A stretch of DNA of 63,920 nucleotides, counting the filler, from Dicyema japonicum (taxonomy: Eukaryota > Animalia > Dicyemida), in assembly GCA_011109175.1 (NCBI GenBank). It is 6 parts of 6 records of this genome, joined end to end, with 100 filler letters (N's around TTAATTAATTAA, not from the genome) between each part and the next. Parts side by side here need not be neighbours in the genome. Positions count along the whole stretch, not along the records: positions 1 to 21,908 come from RDEW01000049.1; 5 more parts are not named here. One strand, written 5' to 3'. The notes beneath the pieces are model-generated. The model saw nothing but the letters and a program-made list of their open reading frames with translations. It did no database searches and had not been told where the DNA came from. Positions 1-12,707 of the stretch are shown in pieces. How positions within the stretch are numbered: the first letter of the stretch is position 1; every line of letters begins with the position of its first letter. The position numbers and the translations under genes were made by a program.

Positions 1-440
1 TCTCTGCCACCACGTCTGGAGTGACTACATGTATAAGATTCCCTGACAGGTATTCAGTGATTATGACGTGATTAGCTTAATGCTGATCTCTAAAAGCTGG
101 CCGTCAATGTGGTTCCATTCCCTCGTCTCTACTTCTTTATTCCTGGATTCGCTTCATTGACATCTAATTGCTCTCAGCAATACAGATCACTTACTGTTCC
201 CTAGCTGATTCAGTTAATGTTTGATGCCAAGAACATGATGGCTGTTTGTGATCCTCGCCTTAGACGATCTCACTGTTGCAGCTATTTTATGAGGAAGAAT
301 GTCCATGAAGAAGGTGGATGAGCATATACTCAACATGTAAACTATGAACAGTGTTATTTCGTCGAATGGATCATCAACAACGTCAAGAATACAGTTTGTG
401 ATATTCCGTCTCGTGGAAGATGTCTGCGACTTTTGTCCAC
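1..440 (+). pseudogene. TUBB: Beta-tubulin pseudogene fragment (runs off the window start) retaining a 26-nt intron
   Basis: Reads SATTSGVTTCIRFP|[24 protein letters not shown]...TVP*LIQLMFDAKNMMAVCDPR...FVEWIINNVKNTVCDIPSRG..MSATFV. Has in-frame stops and frameshifts. GT-AG intron at 50..75. Confidence 0.92.
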
Positions 441-639
441 GTGAGACTTCGAGAGCGTATCTTGATAGCTATCGTCAGATGAATCAGAATTGCCATTCAA
501 CCTCCATAAATTAAGTGCTCTTTTAACATTTTTTTAATAACAATAAAAATGATCAGTCAAAAATTTTTTTGGTTCTTGTTAGTTTATGACCGCCATTTTG
601 CTGCAACAATATCAATATATTATAATTTTGTAGTTATTT

Positions 640-725
640 ATTCAACACCCAAGACCACGGTAAAACCAAAACTAACTATCACATGATCCCGATGCGCTCC
701 GCCAAATTCCTCATTCTTTCCCAGG
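640..725 (-). mobile_element. 3' terminal fragment of an APE-RT LINE family (ORF ends in ...GIT/GIM*)
   Basis: Reverse complement closely matches 29510..29585 (gggaaagaatgagga.ttggcggagcgcatcgg.atca.gtgata.ttagttttggttttaccgtggtctt). Confidence 0.65.
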
Positions 726-839
726 TTAAAATTTAAATATTTAATTTTTCTTGGCTTACGAATAATTTTATTTTTTATTTAATAATTTTTTGAATAATTA
801 ACGATAACCGAATATTTCTGGTTGGCTAGAAAATCAACT

Positions 840-2955
840 ATGTGATGTCTAAGATACACTGAGATTAAAGTAAACTGGAAATTTGGCTAAAAGAAGCCGC
901 CTAACACTACGAGGATCTCGCTTTGATGAAAAAAATACATCAAAGAAGATCAAGGAAAACTCAAAAAATTAACGCTACACATAAATAGACTGAAGGGGGA
1001 AAGGAAATTGAATATAAACCTGCTCGAAGGGGTCACAACTGATAAATAGCATCACAGGTAGTTAATTAATCAGGAGAATAGTATGAACTTTAAAAATTGG
1101 ACGAGATTTACAGTTCTTAGAAATTGAGAATTTCAAAATATTTTAGCTTCTCAAAAAAACATTGGAAACAGCGAAATGGGAAATCATTTCAACCAAACAC
1201 TTTAATAAAATTCTATTCTCCCATAGCACATAAAAGCCACTCCAAAAAAAACATCAAGTACTCTAAAAAAGAATAAAACCGAAAGGATCATACTTTGTGG
1301 ACCATATTAACGGCGAGGACTCAAGTGGGAAATATCAAAGGCCAAAGTCCGANCTGATAAATAGCATCACAGGTAGTTAATTAATCAGGAAATAGTACAA
1401 AATTTAAAAATTGGACGAGATTTACAGTTCTTAGAAATTGAGAATTTCAAAATATTTTAGCTTCTCAAAAAAACATTGGAAACAGCGAAATGGGAAATCA
1501 TTTCAACCAAACACTTTAATAAAATGCTATTCTTCGATAGCACATAAAAGCCACTCCAAAAAAACATCAAGTACTTTAAAAAAGAATAAAACCGAAAGGA
1601 ACATACTTTGTGGACTATATTAACGGCGAGGACTCAAGTGGGAAATATCAACGGCCAAAGTCCGAGGACCAGAAAATATTTCTACAACGGAACTAAAGCA
1701 TATAATACCTTTTGATTTAGATTTAATTGCTTACATATTCACAATATCAATGAATATAACCACTGTTACGGATGTCTGGAAAAGAGCATACATCAAATCG
1801 ATCTTGAAGAAAGGAAAATCTGAAATTGACCTCTCTTCTTACAGACCAATCTCGATCCTATGTTCACTTCCCGAATACTTAAGAGATTAGTTCTTGAAAA
1901 TACATCCCGCTCTCTCTTTTCAAAAATAGATTCCGATCTAAACACTCCACAGCAACTTACATAATGTCCCTGTGCCAGTTTATTGCGGATGGATTCCACT
2001 AAACCACACCAACAAACATTCTTGGTCTTTGTTGATATAAAAATGCTTTTAACACAGTCTCAAGAAAACTCCTTACTGAAAAATATACGATACATGCATC
2101 CAACAAAACATAAAACTATGGATTGCCAACTTATTAAGTGGGAGACGTGGACAAGAGATTTGCAATAACATAAAGTCAAAATCCTGTCTCATACCAAATG
2201 GAGTCCCTTGAGGATCTATACTATCGCCAGCTTTTTCAATCTTTACATAAACGACATGCAACAAACCTGTAATGAAAACTGACTAATCCTCTTCTATGCC
2301 GGCAATATCATTCTTTCCTCCATGGACAAAAGCATTCAATCACCGATCAGTCCGCTCAACAAATGCTTGACATGCTCAAACAATTGCTCTAAAAGCGGAT
2401 ACTCGACGCATCAGCAACAAAGCCCTCTGTCACGCTGTTTACCACTTACAAAAGAAAGCTCTGTGTCTAACCAAAAATCTTTATGAAGAACCCGGCTATT
2501 TCTATTAACAAAACACCGAAGATTCTGGGAGTCACCTTTGATCAGGGACTCACCTTTATCCGACATGTTGAAAAGATAGTAACTTCTGCTCTGAGGAAAT
2601 TGAGAATTTTAAAAGTGCTCTCAAAAACACTTAGAGACCAAACTGGTGTCCTTGCTACGATTTATGAACAGTTTATCCGACCCACGATGACGTATGTAAG
2701 TCTTTCGTGGGCAATGCAGATTTCACGATCCTCCTCATTGAAACTATCCGAAATTAAGGAAACCGCAATAAAAATAATAGGACCAGATCACAAAATCCAG
2801 CCCATTGAAAATCTCTTAATCGAATTATAACAGAAACTCTTAAAGAATGCTAGTTTACCGAAGTGCACTTTATTCCACACATAATCGAAATATCTACGAT
2901 GATAAAAAAATTATGAGCAAAAATTTCGGTCTGAGATCACTTAGTTAGTTGAGAA
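840..2955 (+). mobile_element. Degenerate APE-RT type LINE (RT region and 3' end)
   Basis: Motifs ILKKGKSEIDLSSYRPISILCS, IPNGVP*GSILSP and KTPKILGVTFDQGLTF...IYEQFIRPTMTY (ORF 2483..2830). The 3' end atcacttagttagt is shared with the LINE at 54930..57450. Confidence 0.8.
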
Positions 2956-3099
2956 CTTTTTTTTCTTTTTTTTGACCAACTGATTTTAGACGTAACAATA
3001 ATTATAATTATGTCTCCGGTGGAATAAAAAGATGGATTTGTTTTTCTATCATATTAGTCGATTGTTGTGACAAATCATAGTAAAAGCACCTGTGTGAAT

Positions 3100-3720
3100 A
3101 GCCTCTCTCCTTCCAACCTTGTTATGACAACAACTACCCAAACTCTGCTTCGTAGAAAGCTGAAACCCTAAAGCTGTAGAAATACTATATCTCGGTGGAT
3201 AATTTATTTTTGACTAGTAGCCGTGGTAACGTCAAAAAGTTAAAGGAAGCAAATCATTGATTCTGCTAGACAAATCAGATCGCCTATCGCTGATAAATTC
3301 TAGGTCAATTTACGGCAAAATCGATTGTTACAATTCAATAGAAGGTTGCTCAAATCGATCTCATTTACCTAAGCGATCTTAAAAAAAGATTTTTTGAGGC
3401 CATATGACTTCATTCGTCTCGGCTACAACAATCTGCTTTTAAAATCAGGTCAGAGGTTGTAGTATTTGATTATTTAAAGTTCTATAACTGCAAATTGGTG
3501 TATGCAGATGNTAGGTCAATTTACGGCAAAATCGATTGTTACAATTCATTAGAAGGTTGCTCAAATCGATATTATTTACCTAAGCGATCTTAAAAAAATC
3601 TTTTGAGGCCCTATGACTTCACTCGTCTCGGCGACAACAATCTGCTCATAAAATCTGGTCAGAGGTTGTTGTATTTTATTATTTAAAGTTCTCTAACTGC
3701 AAATTGGTGTATGCAGATAC
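3100..3720 (+). mobile_element. Possible piggyBac transposase remnant with an internal duplication
   Basis: Weak motifs SVDNLFLTS and KIDCYNSIEG resemble piggyBac DNxFTS and YNxxKGGVD. About 220 bp is duplicated across the n near 3512. Confidence 0.3.
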
Positions 3721-3944
3721 CATATTGCGAATCATATTTTTCCAGAGAGAATAGAAAAACTATGATCCTGTCTGAGCGTATCCCATAATCACGATATCGG
3801 AAAAAAAGAGAAAATGCAGAAGACCTTGAATGCTTAAGAGAGAAAACAAAATAAGAGCTACTTGAAAAAGGATAATTTACGTAATTATTATGAACGTGTT
3901 TGAAGAATTTAAAATAAAAAAAACAACGAGAAATTTAATAGCAG

Positions 3945-5116
3945 TTAAAGAACAAGAAGATATTCCATTGGTCTTATCATATTTCGGCATTTAGTTACAA
4001 ATGTGATGAGTCCGATGATTGTAAGTGTTAGAAAAGAGAACATAATTCCTATAATTATAAAATTTTTTGAATCATTAAAATTTGTATTTTTTCCATGAGT
4101 TTCTTTTTCAAAACACTCCGACTCTAAAATTCAGGAAAAATCAAACCTTTTCCAGTAAAATGGGAATTAAACTCACTTTGAAGAATTTGTGCCTTAAATG
4201 ATGAAAACTCAGCATATATGTCATCAGAAAATTTAGTGAGAGACAATTCGAAGTTACAGGGATTTCCAACATCAATCAATTTGCTCTTATTAGGACTCCA
4301 AGACCCATTATAGATTTCATAGATGACTATCTGAATATTGGAGATATAATATTTGTTTTGAGACAAAATAAATGTAAAAAGTATCTCTAAATTATGCCCC
4401 TTAAGAGATAACTCAACACTATTGTTATCAAAATTAATCTTCGAATCCAGATTCTCGAAATATAATAACAAATCATCAATCTAATATTAAAATATACAAT
4501 TAACTATTTCAAAATTGTGATTATAAAAACGTGTGATTCTAAAATTTCCACTTAATATTCCTTTCAGTCTATTTTCCGAAATAAAATACCAATATTGAAC
4601 ATTTGGATTGTTAGATGGATCACAGTCATGTGCTAAATTAAATTATGTCAAACCTTTTCCAATAAAATTTGAATATGATTGGTTAGTGTAGTATTTTAAC
4701 ACCAAAGAATATAATGTAAGAGTATTACCATTCCCAAAACTTACGGACATATATCCGCATCTGTAATAATCTCCATGTTTAATATTTGGAAGATTTGTCG
4801 TATTTGTGTAGGTTTTATTATCTTTGAGTGTTAACTATTAAATACTAGAATATAATTCTATTTTTATTGAGATGTTGTAAAATTTGTCTGAGAATTCAAT
4901 AAAAAATTGGTAGATCAAGTTATTTGTTTTGATTGTAATTTGCATTTTATTATAAGAGTAGTCAGAAATAGTTTCAATTGAATAATTGTTTGTCTACCAT
5001 TATTATTTATAAAATACATTTGTAAGTGTACTTTTCAATAAACTTTTTACATATACTGATATTCGATGTTCAAAGTTGAAATTCATGATTGAGGACAAAA
5101 ATATTAACAACAACAT
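3945..5116 (-). CDS. LAMP-like lysosomal membrane glycoprotein (signal peptide, two LAMP-like domains, C-terminal TM, short tail with Tyr motif)
   Basis: Spliced with introns 4994..5017, 4835..4858 (GA-AG), 4633..4653, 4481..4504 and 4124..4146. Starts MLLLIFLSSIM. Domain ends are YYRCGYMSVSF...FIGK|AHDC and GNPCNFEL...FKAQI...FTGK|ESEC. TM is FIIIGIMFSFLTLTIIGLITFV; tail is KCRNMIRPMEYLLVL*. Confidence 0.6.
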
Positions 5117-5496
5117 AATTATGTAAAATGAACACGTCGATGTGTATAATTTACGTCACTTGTTATATTAATGAATTTATTTTTAATAATTTGAAACAAA
5201 TGATATTTATTTTAAATTTATAATTATATTTATTTTCATGAATTCATTGATCAAGAAAGTCCTATTCATAATGCAATGTTAACTGTCTTTAAGAATTTCA
5301 TGGTATTTTATCGTAATCCACAATAAGTCCTTCTGTTTTGGAAGAATCTTTAATGTTCGAAGGAAAACTTAATCAGCGATATTCGTAAATTATCAAAATA
5401 ACTATTTTATGACAGAATCGAATAAATATTTGTTGCCAATTGAGTTAATATATCTTTAAATTGAAAACGTATTTCCTTTAAATCGTCAGGAGAAAT

Positions 5497-5776
5497 GGGA
5501 TCTCAATTATGAGACTGGCCACTAGTTGTTAACTGTTTGTTTTTGTATTAAAACGTTTTTATTCAAAAAAAGATTAATGCTAGGAAAATAATCTGAAGTG
5601 AATTGAATATAAAAAGTGAAACCAGCATTAACAAAGGATCTCAATTATGAGACTGGCCATTAGTTGTTAACTGTTTGTTTTTGTATTAAAAAGTTTTTAT
5701 TCAAAAAAAGATTAATGCTAGGAAAATAATCTGAAGTGAATTGAATATAAAAAGTGAAACCAGCATTAACAAATAA
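5497..5776. repeat. Tandem duplication of about 140 bp
   Basis: ggatctcaattatgagactggcc...gaaaccagcattaacaaa occurs twice back to back with few mismatches. Confidence 0.9.
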
Positions 5777-6719
5777 TACAGATGTTCATTAATAGGTGGC
5801 ATAAAAGGAATTAATACACAAATCGTTAATTCATAAACGAATTCATTATTAAATTTTTGTTGTTTTTATGTGCTTCAAGTGGATAGAATAAGATAGTAAA
5901 TTGATTAATTGGTCGGACCTCTTTTCCACTAAATGTCTACTTAATTACATACTATGTCTCCCGGTGGAATGATTATTTCGATGTGTTTTTCTCAAATCAT
6001 TGGAAAACTAGCCTCAAGGTCACAAACAAAAAGCCGATGACAATTTCATCTAAGATCGAATGTTGTCATAAACTCATTTCATTGAAATGATACAATTTTA
6101 TTTACTTAACAGCTCTTACGAAAGGAGATGTAATGTTTCCATTACTTAAACCTCAACTTTGGCAGTAGTCACAGTTTATTTTAAGAGTAAGAGGAGAAAT
6201 GTTAATTAATCCAAGGCTTATCTAAGACATTTAAAAATTTCTTGATTTTTTTTCTTGTTTGTGAGTCCCGGAAGACAATTCAGTTTCGCAGTGATGATAC
6301 GCTCGCTGATAACAGCGTTACTCGTCATCCGCAATTTAATTTTTGGTAAAATTTTTGCGATTTTTTCGACTTTTTTAAATACGAAATTTTGACCTAAAAA
6401 TTGCAATCTTCGTATCTTTATCTTATCGAGAATTTTTTTATGAAGAAAATGCACCGTTCTTGATCTTTTTTGGGGGCTTAAACTCGAAAGATACCTCGTT
6501 TTGTTGTTTGAAGACGAATATAGATAGCCTTGTTTTGAAGGACATGTTTGTGTTTTCTGGGTTTTATGTTGTGATGTCCTCGACCCCGATTCACTATTCT
6601 CCAAGTGGCTCGGATTATTTGGGAATGGCGTTAATATCGGAATTTGTTCATCAATTTTTAGAACGACCGATTACCATTGGTAATATTGGTATCATTTATT
6701 AATTCTTTATAAACTCTTC

Positions 6720-7980
6720 CTAACTTCTTTAGATGTCGGGGTGAGACCCTTCAACTATAGGCAAATCAGCCATCTCCAAGATTGCTGAGAGAATTATCTT
6801 CAAGAGACTAAACGAACACATAGAAGAGAGCTGTTTCCTTATCGCAGAACAATGTGGCTTCAGACCCGTAAAATCTTGCACGGATTAGATGTCGGGGTGA
6901 GACCCTTCAACTATAGGCAAATCAGCCTAATCCGCTTTATCTCCAAGATTGCTGAGAGAATTATCTTCAAGAGACTAAACGAACACATAGAAGAGAGCTG
7001 TTTCCTTATCGCTGAACAATGTGGCTTCAGACCCTGAAAATCCTGAACGGATTGTCTCCATTACATGCATTCGATGGTATCGAAGGGTCTGGAATTCAAG
7101 AGGCAAACCTGGTGTGTTTGGAACTGTCCAAGGCCTTCGATAGCGTGTGGCATGAATCCCTCCTGACAAGGCTAGCGGCTGCTAGCATCCAAAAGAAACT
7201 CTACACAAGGATAAAAGACTTCTCAACACGACGTACATTCCGAGTACGTGTTACATTCCGAGTAAGAATATCTACACATAAATCATATTCTGAATACGGA
7301 TACGTCGGGGAAGTCAACTTTATCGGAAAGAAGAATCAAGTCATTCATTAAGTGCAAGATTGGTGCTCCAAGAGAGATATGAGACTCTCTACTGAGAAGT
7401 CCAGCTACTTGAGAGTTAGTCGTCTACGGAGACATCCTATGCAGTCCTACTCGCTTGATATTCCAAAAGTAAATTCACTCCGCAGTGCAAGATTGGTGCT
7501 CTAAGAGAGAGATGAGACTCTCTAATGAGAAGTCCAGCTACTTGAGAGTTAGTCGTCTACGGAGACATCGTGTGCAGTCCTACTCGCTTGATATTCCAAA
7601 AGTAAATTCACTCCGCTACTTCGCGATAGTTATCGATGGAAGAGGTTCCTTCATGAAGGATATCAGACAAAGAAGGAAGAAAGCGCTACAAGCGCTTCTG
7701 TGTACAAGCAAGTTGTTCGTAAGCTTGGAGACCTTATTGTTTATCTTCATAAGGATTATCCTACAAGAGCTACTATACGGTGTGAAGCGTGGTTTTTCTC
7801 TCGCCAAAGGGATAGGATAATGTTACTCATGGAAAAGTCGAGAAGGTCAGCAATAAAGTTCCCATTGGGGAAAAAAGATGAAGATGTCCAAAGTACGGAA
7901 TAAGACAAGATTCTTGCACCAGTCAAAAATATTGTTGAAAAGAAGATCAATGGGATCCGGCGCTTGAAAAAGAATAAAAT
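6720..7980 (+). mobile_element. Degenerate LINE RT remnant (Jockey/CR1/I-like) with two internal tandem duplications
   Basis: RPFNYRQISLIRFISKIAERII...QCGFRP; LELSKAFDSVWHESLL; QDWCSKREMRLSNEKS...SLRYFAIVID. Confidence 0.8.
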
Positions 7981-8039
7981 GGAGATCGGGTGCATCGGAA
8001 GAGTCTAGTCAGCATAGGCGGACTCGTTAATAACCTCCA

Positions 8040-8940
8040 AACTTACTCCTAATTCTTGTTGAATAAAGTGTTTTCGGTTTCGTTCCTCCTCACTTACGAG
8101 CCTCTAGTTGATTGTCTTGAGATCCTCATTTAGCTTCCCCGGTTGCGTAGTATGCGGGCTCCCCCGATATTTTTTTCCACTTGCAGCAAAATATTCCTCC
8201 ATTGCCAAATTTGCAAGTGATGTAGGGTCCATCCATAAGAGGTGTCCAAACAGTCTCCATCGGTCCTCCACCACACCCCAAGTCACAGGTCGCATTGAGC
8301 ACTTTCGGTAAAGTGCTTCATTGTTGATCCGTGTCGGCCATTGTACCTCACGAAGTATTCGTAATTGCCTTCGGTGTAGGGACTTAAGATTTTTGGTTTC
8401 TGATACCGAGATCCCCCCCCCCCCCAGCAGGAAGAGTTATATAACAGGATCGGCTTCACGAAAGAATTATAGAGACACAAACGAAGCACGATCGTCACCG
8501 GTCTGTTAGTCAACCAATCTGTCTTCATCCTGTACACTGCGACCGTGGATAGTAATTTCCTCCAGGTTATGTCCTCACTGTTCCCGAGGAAAAAGCCGAG
8601 TTAGTGGAACGTCTCCATCCTTTTTCTTATCTTGATCCCATGCGTACGATTTCCACAATTTCAGTTTTGGTTGTATTCACCGTAAAAAACCATTTCCCAA
8701 GCTCTGCAGGGGCAACGTCAAGTAACCGCCTCAAGGGCGCTTTATCTTCCTATACGAGATCCACATCATCAGCCATTATAAAAACTTCTAAGACCACGCA
8801 GTGCTACTTCCAAGTATACCACAATCAGCAAAGGGGAAAGGGAATCCTCCACAGTCGTCGACAAATTTATCTCAATACAATCCTGTCTCACTTAGATGAT
8901 TGGTGGCTCTTGGATCATCGCGCTAATCTTGCGGACTAAA
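8040..8940 (-). mobile_element. RTE-clade LINE remnant (RT C-terminal part and 3' region)
   Basis: ADDVDL near 8760; LRLCLYNSFVKPILLYNSSCWG; RWRLFGHLLWMDPTSLANLAMEEYF...KYRGSP. Confidence 0.8.
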
Positions 8941-11739
8941 AAGTCGGTGAATCTTAAAAGGAGTCATGATCTCATTGCTCGAGCATCATTTCAAAGGATA
9001 CTATCAGTCTGATTTCTCCACACTTCCCTAGAGGATGAGAATTTGTTGAGGTCATCACGGTCATTAACTTTTCTAGCTTCATTTTTGCAGTCCTGAGATC
9101 TTCTTGGATTGCAACGGAGAGTGTTTATTTGTTACACGTTTTTAGTTTCCCACATTTACTGATTTCTCTTCTCCCACAAATGTTTTGTAAAGACGTCAGT
9201 TCCTAGATAAATGACTACACAAGATTCTCAGTCATTACGATTGTAGTTTCTATAATGTCACTGTTATCTGGATTCCCCTCGTATATCCATTGACTGTCCA
9301 CTGATCAAAACTTATTGAACTACTTGTTATCTAGTCGTATCTTCTCTCTTGACTGTCAAAAGATATATCTTCCCAATTTTCAACGATCATTCATCAAATA
9401 ATCAGACTCAATTCGGAATAGCTTCCGTGGAAGGCCAAGAACCCACTGCTATCTATTTTGAACCAGGAACTAAAAAAATAGATAAGAAGCTTGAAACGCA
9501 GAAGACCTTGACTCGTTAAGAGAAAAAGCAAGAAACTATCTATTTGGAAAAGGATAATTAAAAAAATCGTTATGAACGTATAACAAAAAAAGTTTAATTA
9601 TTTTTATAATAACAACAGATATCACTGTTACAGAAATTAACAAATCACCCGATGCTCATCCCTCGACCTCTCACAAGTAAGTATCGGCTGAATGACTGGA
9701 TCCTCTAGTCACGACGGCACGTTCCACGGTTCATGCGATCATGGATTTTAGAGGTATTACAAACTGGGAATCCCCAGAAGTCCATAGTTCCGTAAATTTG
9801 GATGCTCTGTTTAGGCTAATCTAGATCTTTATTCGTCAAGCAAATGAATTGGCCTAAGATGCCGCACAAATAAGAAATTAATGATTCAAGGAATTGGTTG
9901 TAAATAGTATTCAGAATAAGACTATTTCCTAACTTGAATGACATGTGCATGTCAAAAGTTACTCCAGGGATTTTTCTTCAAACGGGATAACATCATTGTT
10001 AGTTTTCTAATCTACCGTTCGTCTTCTTAATTTCTTATCTGATGTAAAGAGAGTTGTGAAGGACTTCTTACTTTGCGAGAGTGCTCATTATTGTTAATTT
10101 TAACAGTGTAGCCCTTTTTAATGAACGTGAAGCAAACATATGTTTAAAAAAGGTAAGTCACCAACTCAACCGAAAAGGTACTTAAAATAAAAAAATAAAA
10201 TATTAATATTTTAATATTCTATTTTGTTAACAGGAATCCGAAAAATAAAATATGGCTAAAAACATTTTTGAAAAACAGACAATTAACGATGGTTTCTCAA
10301 TATTGGTAGCCAATGAGGAGAAGACTATTGAGAAATCTGTAGATTAAAGAAATAATCCAATAAGATCTTAAAATTACAAGAAAACACTTTCCTACTCTGT
10401 TCCGAGGTCGATCGTAACAAAAATAAGATTGACCGAACATCTGAAAAACTTGATATACAGATTGACTATTTCCACGTTTGTTAAAACTTAACTAACAGGA
10501 AAGAGATATGAATCAAAAATTAAATAAATTGGGGAAAATCAAAGATCTGATGCTTGGAAGGCTGAAACCCGAATTGAATAAGACAGACATCTGATCTCAA
10601 GCAAATAGATCGCCAAGCTTTTTAAATGGCCGGGTTTTGTTTCATCCAGTCCGCATCTTGCCTATGGCAAATTCCGAATTGCCAAAAGTACTTGATTGCT
10701 CAAGGCAATGAAGAGCCTATTCTGGAAAGTAATATGACGTTTCGCAAATTGTGAAGGGAAGATGGATGTTTGCCAAACAAAATATTGGGATAGAACATGT
10801 TATATTTTTTAACATATTTGTGTAATTTTTGCGCAATTTCCGGAGAAATGTTTGACCTTCGGTCTCTCTCTCTTGGATAAGGTATAATTATCCCCGTTTT
10901 TTAATGTGCCAACAATCTTGTAGACTGTTGGATGACTCATCCAAGGAGTGGTTAAGATTTCTTTGGGAGTTATTCCAGCTAAGTTGTTCCTCTTTTTCTC
11001 CCTGACCAAACCCTCTGATGAAGATTGCATTATGAAAACTATTCCGCTAAAGAATGAAGTGATGTTCGCCACGGTAGGACGTGGGACAAAAATTGAAGAG
11101 GGCGGACCTACTTTTCCACCTCTCTTCAGAAGCGGAAGCCTGTAATGAAGTATTGGAAGATGTATTTGGTCGGCACAAGCAGATGTTCTCCCTTTGGTTC
11201 CTTCCTTGGATTAGTTAGTTATGACTGATTGTGCTGGGCTTACAATGGTAAGTTTGGGGTTAATAATAATATAATTAATGTTAATTTTTTAAATAATTTA
11301 ATTATTTTGCTTTGGTATTATGGAGGACAGCAGAAACCCTTCGATCATGTTGAGGTCTACCTGGATCACTTATTTAATGGTTTAACTCATTCTTTCTTGT
11401 GTTCCCCTTTTTGGCGTTAAATAATAATATTTATGTTCTTTCTCAAATTTCCAAGTAGTATTTAGTAAAAATTTTGATCACTTATGGATTGCAGCACTAA
11501 ATTTGGTTTTCTCTATATATTAGAGTAACAACACACATGAATTGTTCACATGTCCTAAATTCAAAGAATGCTTGCTTCAAACAGGACTTGTCACTAATAT
11601 ACCCTTTTGTAGATTTTGTTGCCCATAGATGAGTCCATTACGATATCCTTAGTCCCGGCAATAATATCGATCTTTAAGTCCAATTTCGGTACTTACATCA
11701 ACGTTTGATTTAATGCTGATTAATAGTAGTACTTAATAC

Positions 11740-12310
11740 AATGGCTCCGTGATGGACCCTTACTGACTATATTCACAAGTTAACATTCAAGGTATCCGGA
11801 TGAAAATTACCGAACTAAAACACTTTCTCTTGAAACAGTGGATATAGTTATTTTCTAAGAAGCGAAACTAAACCCACAGCGGCCCACCCCCAACATTCCA
11901 GGATACTTAGTTTTCGGACGTGGGAGAAGTCATAGAAGAGGTAAAGGCGTTATTACACTAATCAGGAACCATATACTGGCAAGCAATATTTTGGATAACA
12001 TTTCGGACCCTTCCTCAGAAAGACACACTGGAACAATTAACTCTAAGAATCCGTTTACCCTCTCTCCGATTGACAGTTGTTAATATGTATATATCGCAGC
12101 GATTACTGCCCCGAACTCCAGCGATTCCTAAATGCAATGAGATCTCAATGGTATGCTAACCAACAACTGGATCAACGGAAAGCCCTCATATCCGACAGTT
12201 TTGACGACCTGATCATTCACAGCAAACACACAAGGACCCCTTCCTGTCGAGGCGACTCCCCTACTTTACCCGACATTTCTTTTGCCGCTCTTGAAGCATC
12301 GAGTCTCATT
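11740..12310 (+). mobile_element. Apurinic endonuclease (APE) N-terminal fragment of a LINE
   Basis: QVNIQGIRMKITELKHF..VDIVIF*EAKL...PTPNIPGYLVF...GKGVITLIRN, homologous to ORF 56565..57017. Confidence 0.75.
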
Positions 12311-12507
12311 TAGACTCTTTGGACATTGAGCCGATCAGACAGACTGAATTCTCTTACGAATTCCTGACGTCTAAAAAAGTAAGCATTTCCGCGTTGCCGT
12401 AAGCACGTAAAATGCTTAGGGTTTCGCTCATGCAGAACACACACTTTATTTAAGTAAAAAACAGTTATTATAACTAATCGTAGAGGGAGAATCAAAGAAT
12501 GCTCTTC

Positions 12508-12707
12508 ACTTCTTTTTTTCTTTTTCTTGAGTGTATGTCCTTTTAGACTATCCAGTTCCGCAGTGAATCTCCATGATGACGGCGAAACTCGTCAAGCCCT
12601 TTTAGCACCGTAGATGCGTGGAACCTTCCATCAGGTGAACAGCAGCGAGAATCGAACCCGTGACCTAAACCACTTAGCCCGACACCTAACCACTGTGCCA
12701 CCCGGAG
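12508..12707 (-). mobile_element. tRNA-derived SINE
   Basis: Minus strand has A box gtggcacagtgg, B box ggttcgattctc, no complete cloverleaf, and an A-rich tail. Confidence 0.65.

Noticed and set aside
1040-1665. Near-identical tandem duplications around single n bases (also near 3512, 37219, 42658, 45554 and 60730)
   Set aside because: Most likely overlapping contig ends or haplotypes joined during scaffolding, so not treated as real arrays or CRISPR-like repeats.
10700-11100. Possible Tc1/mariner HTH (PTVYKIVGTLKNG..RERP)
   Set aside because: Too short and degenerate; no TIR or DDE motif found.
12565-12600. catgatgacggcgaaactcgtca resembles a minimal hammerhead ribozyme core
   Set aside because: C3 is mismatched and no stem I pairing can be formed; it is simply the antisense of a SINE body.
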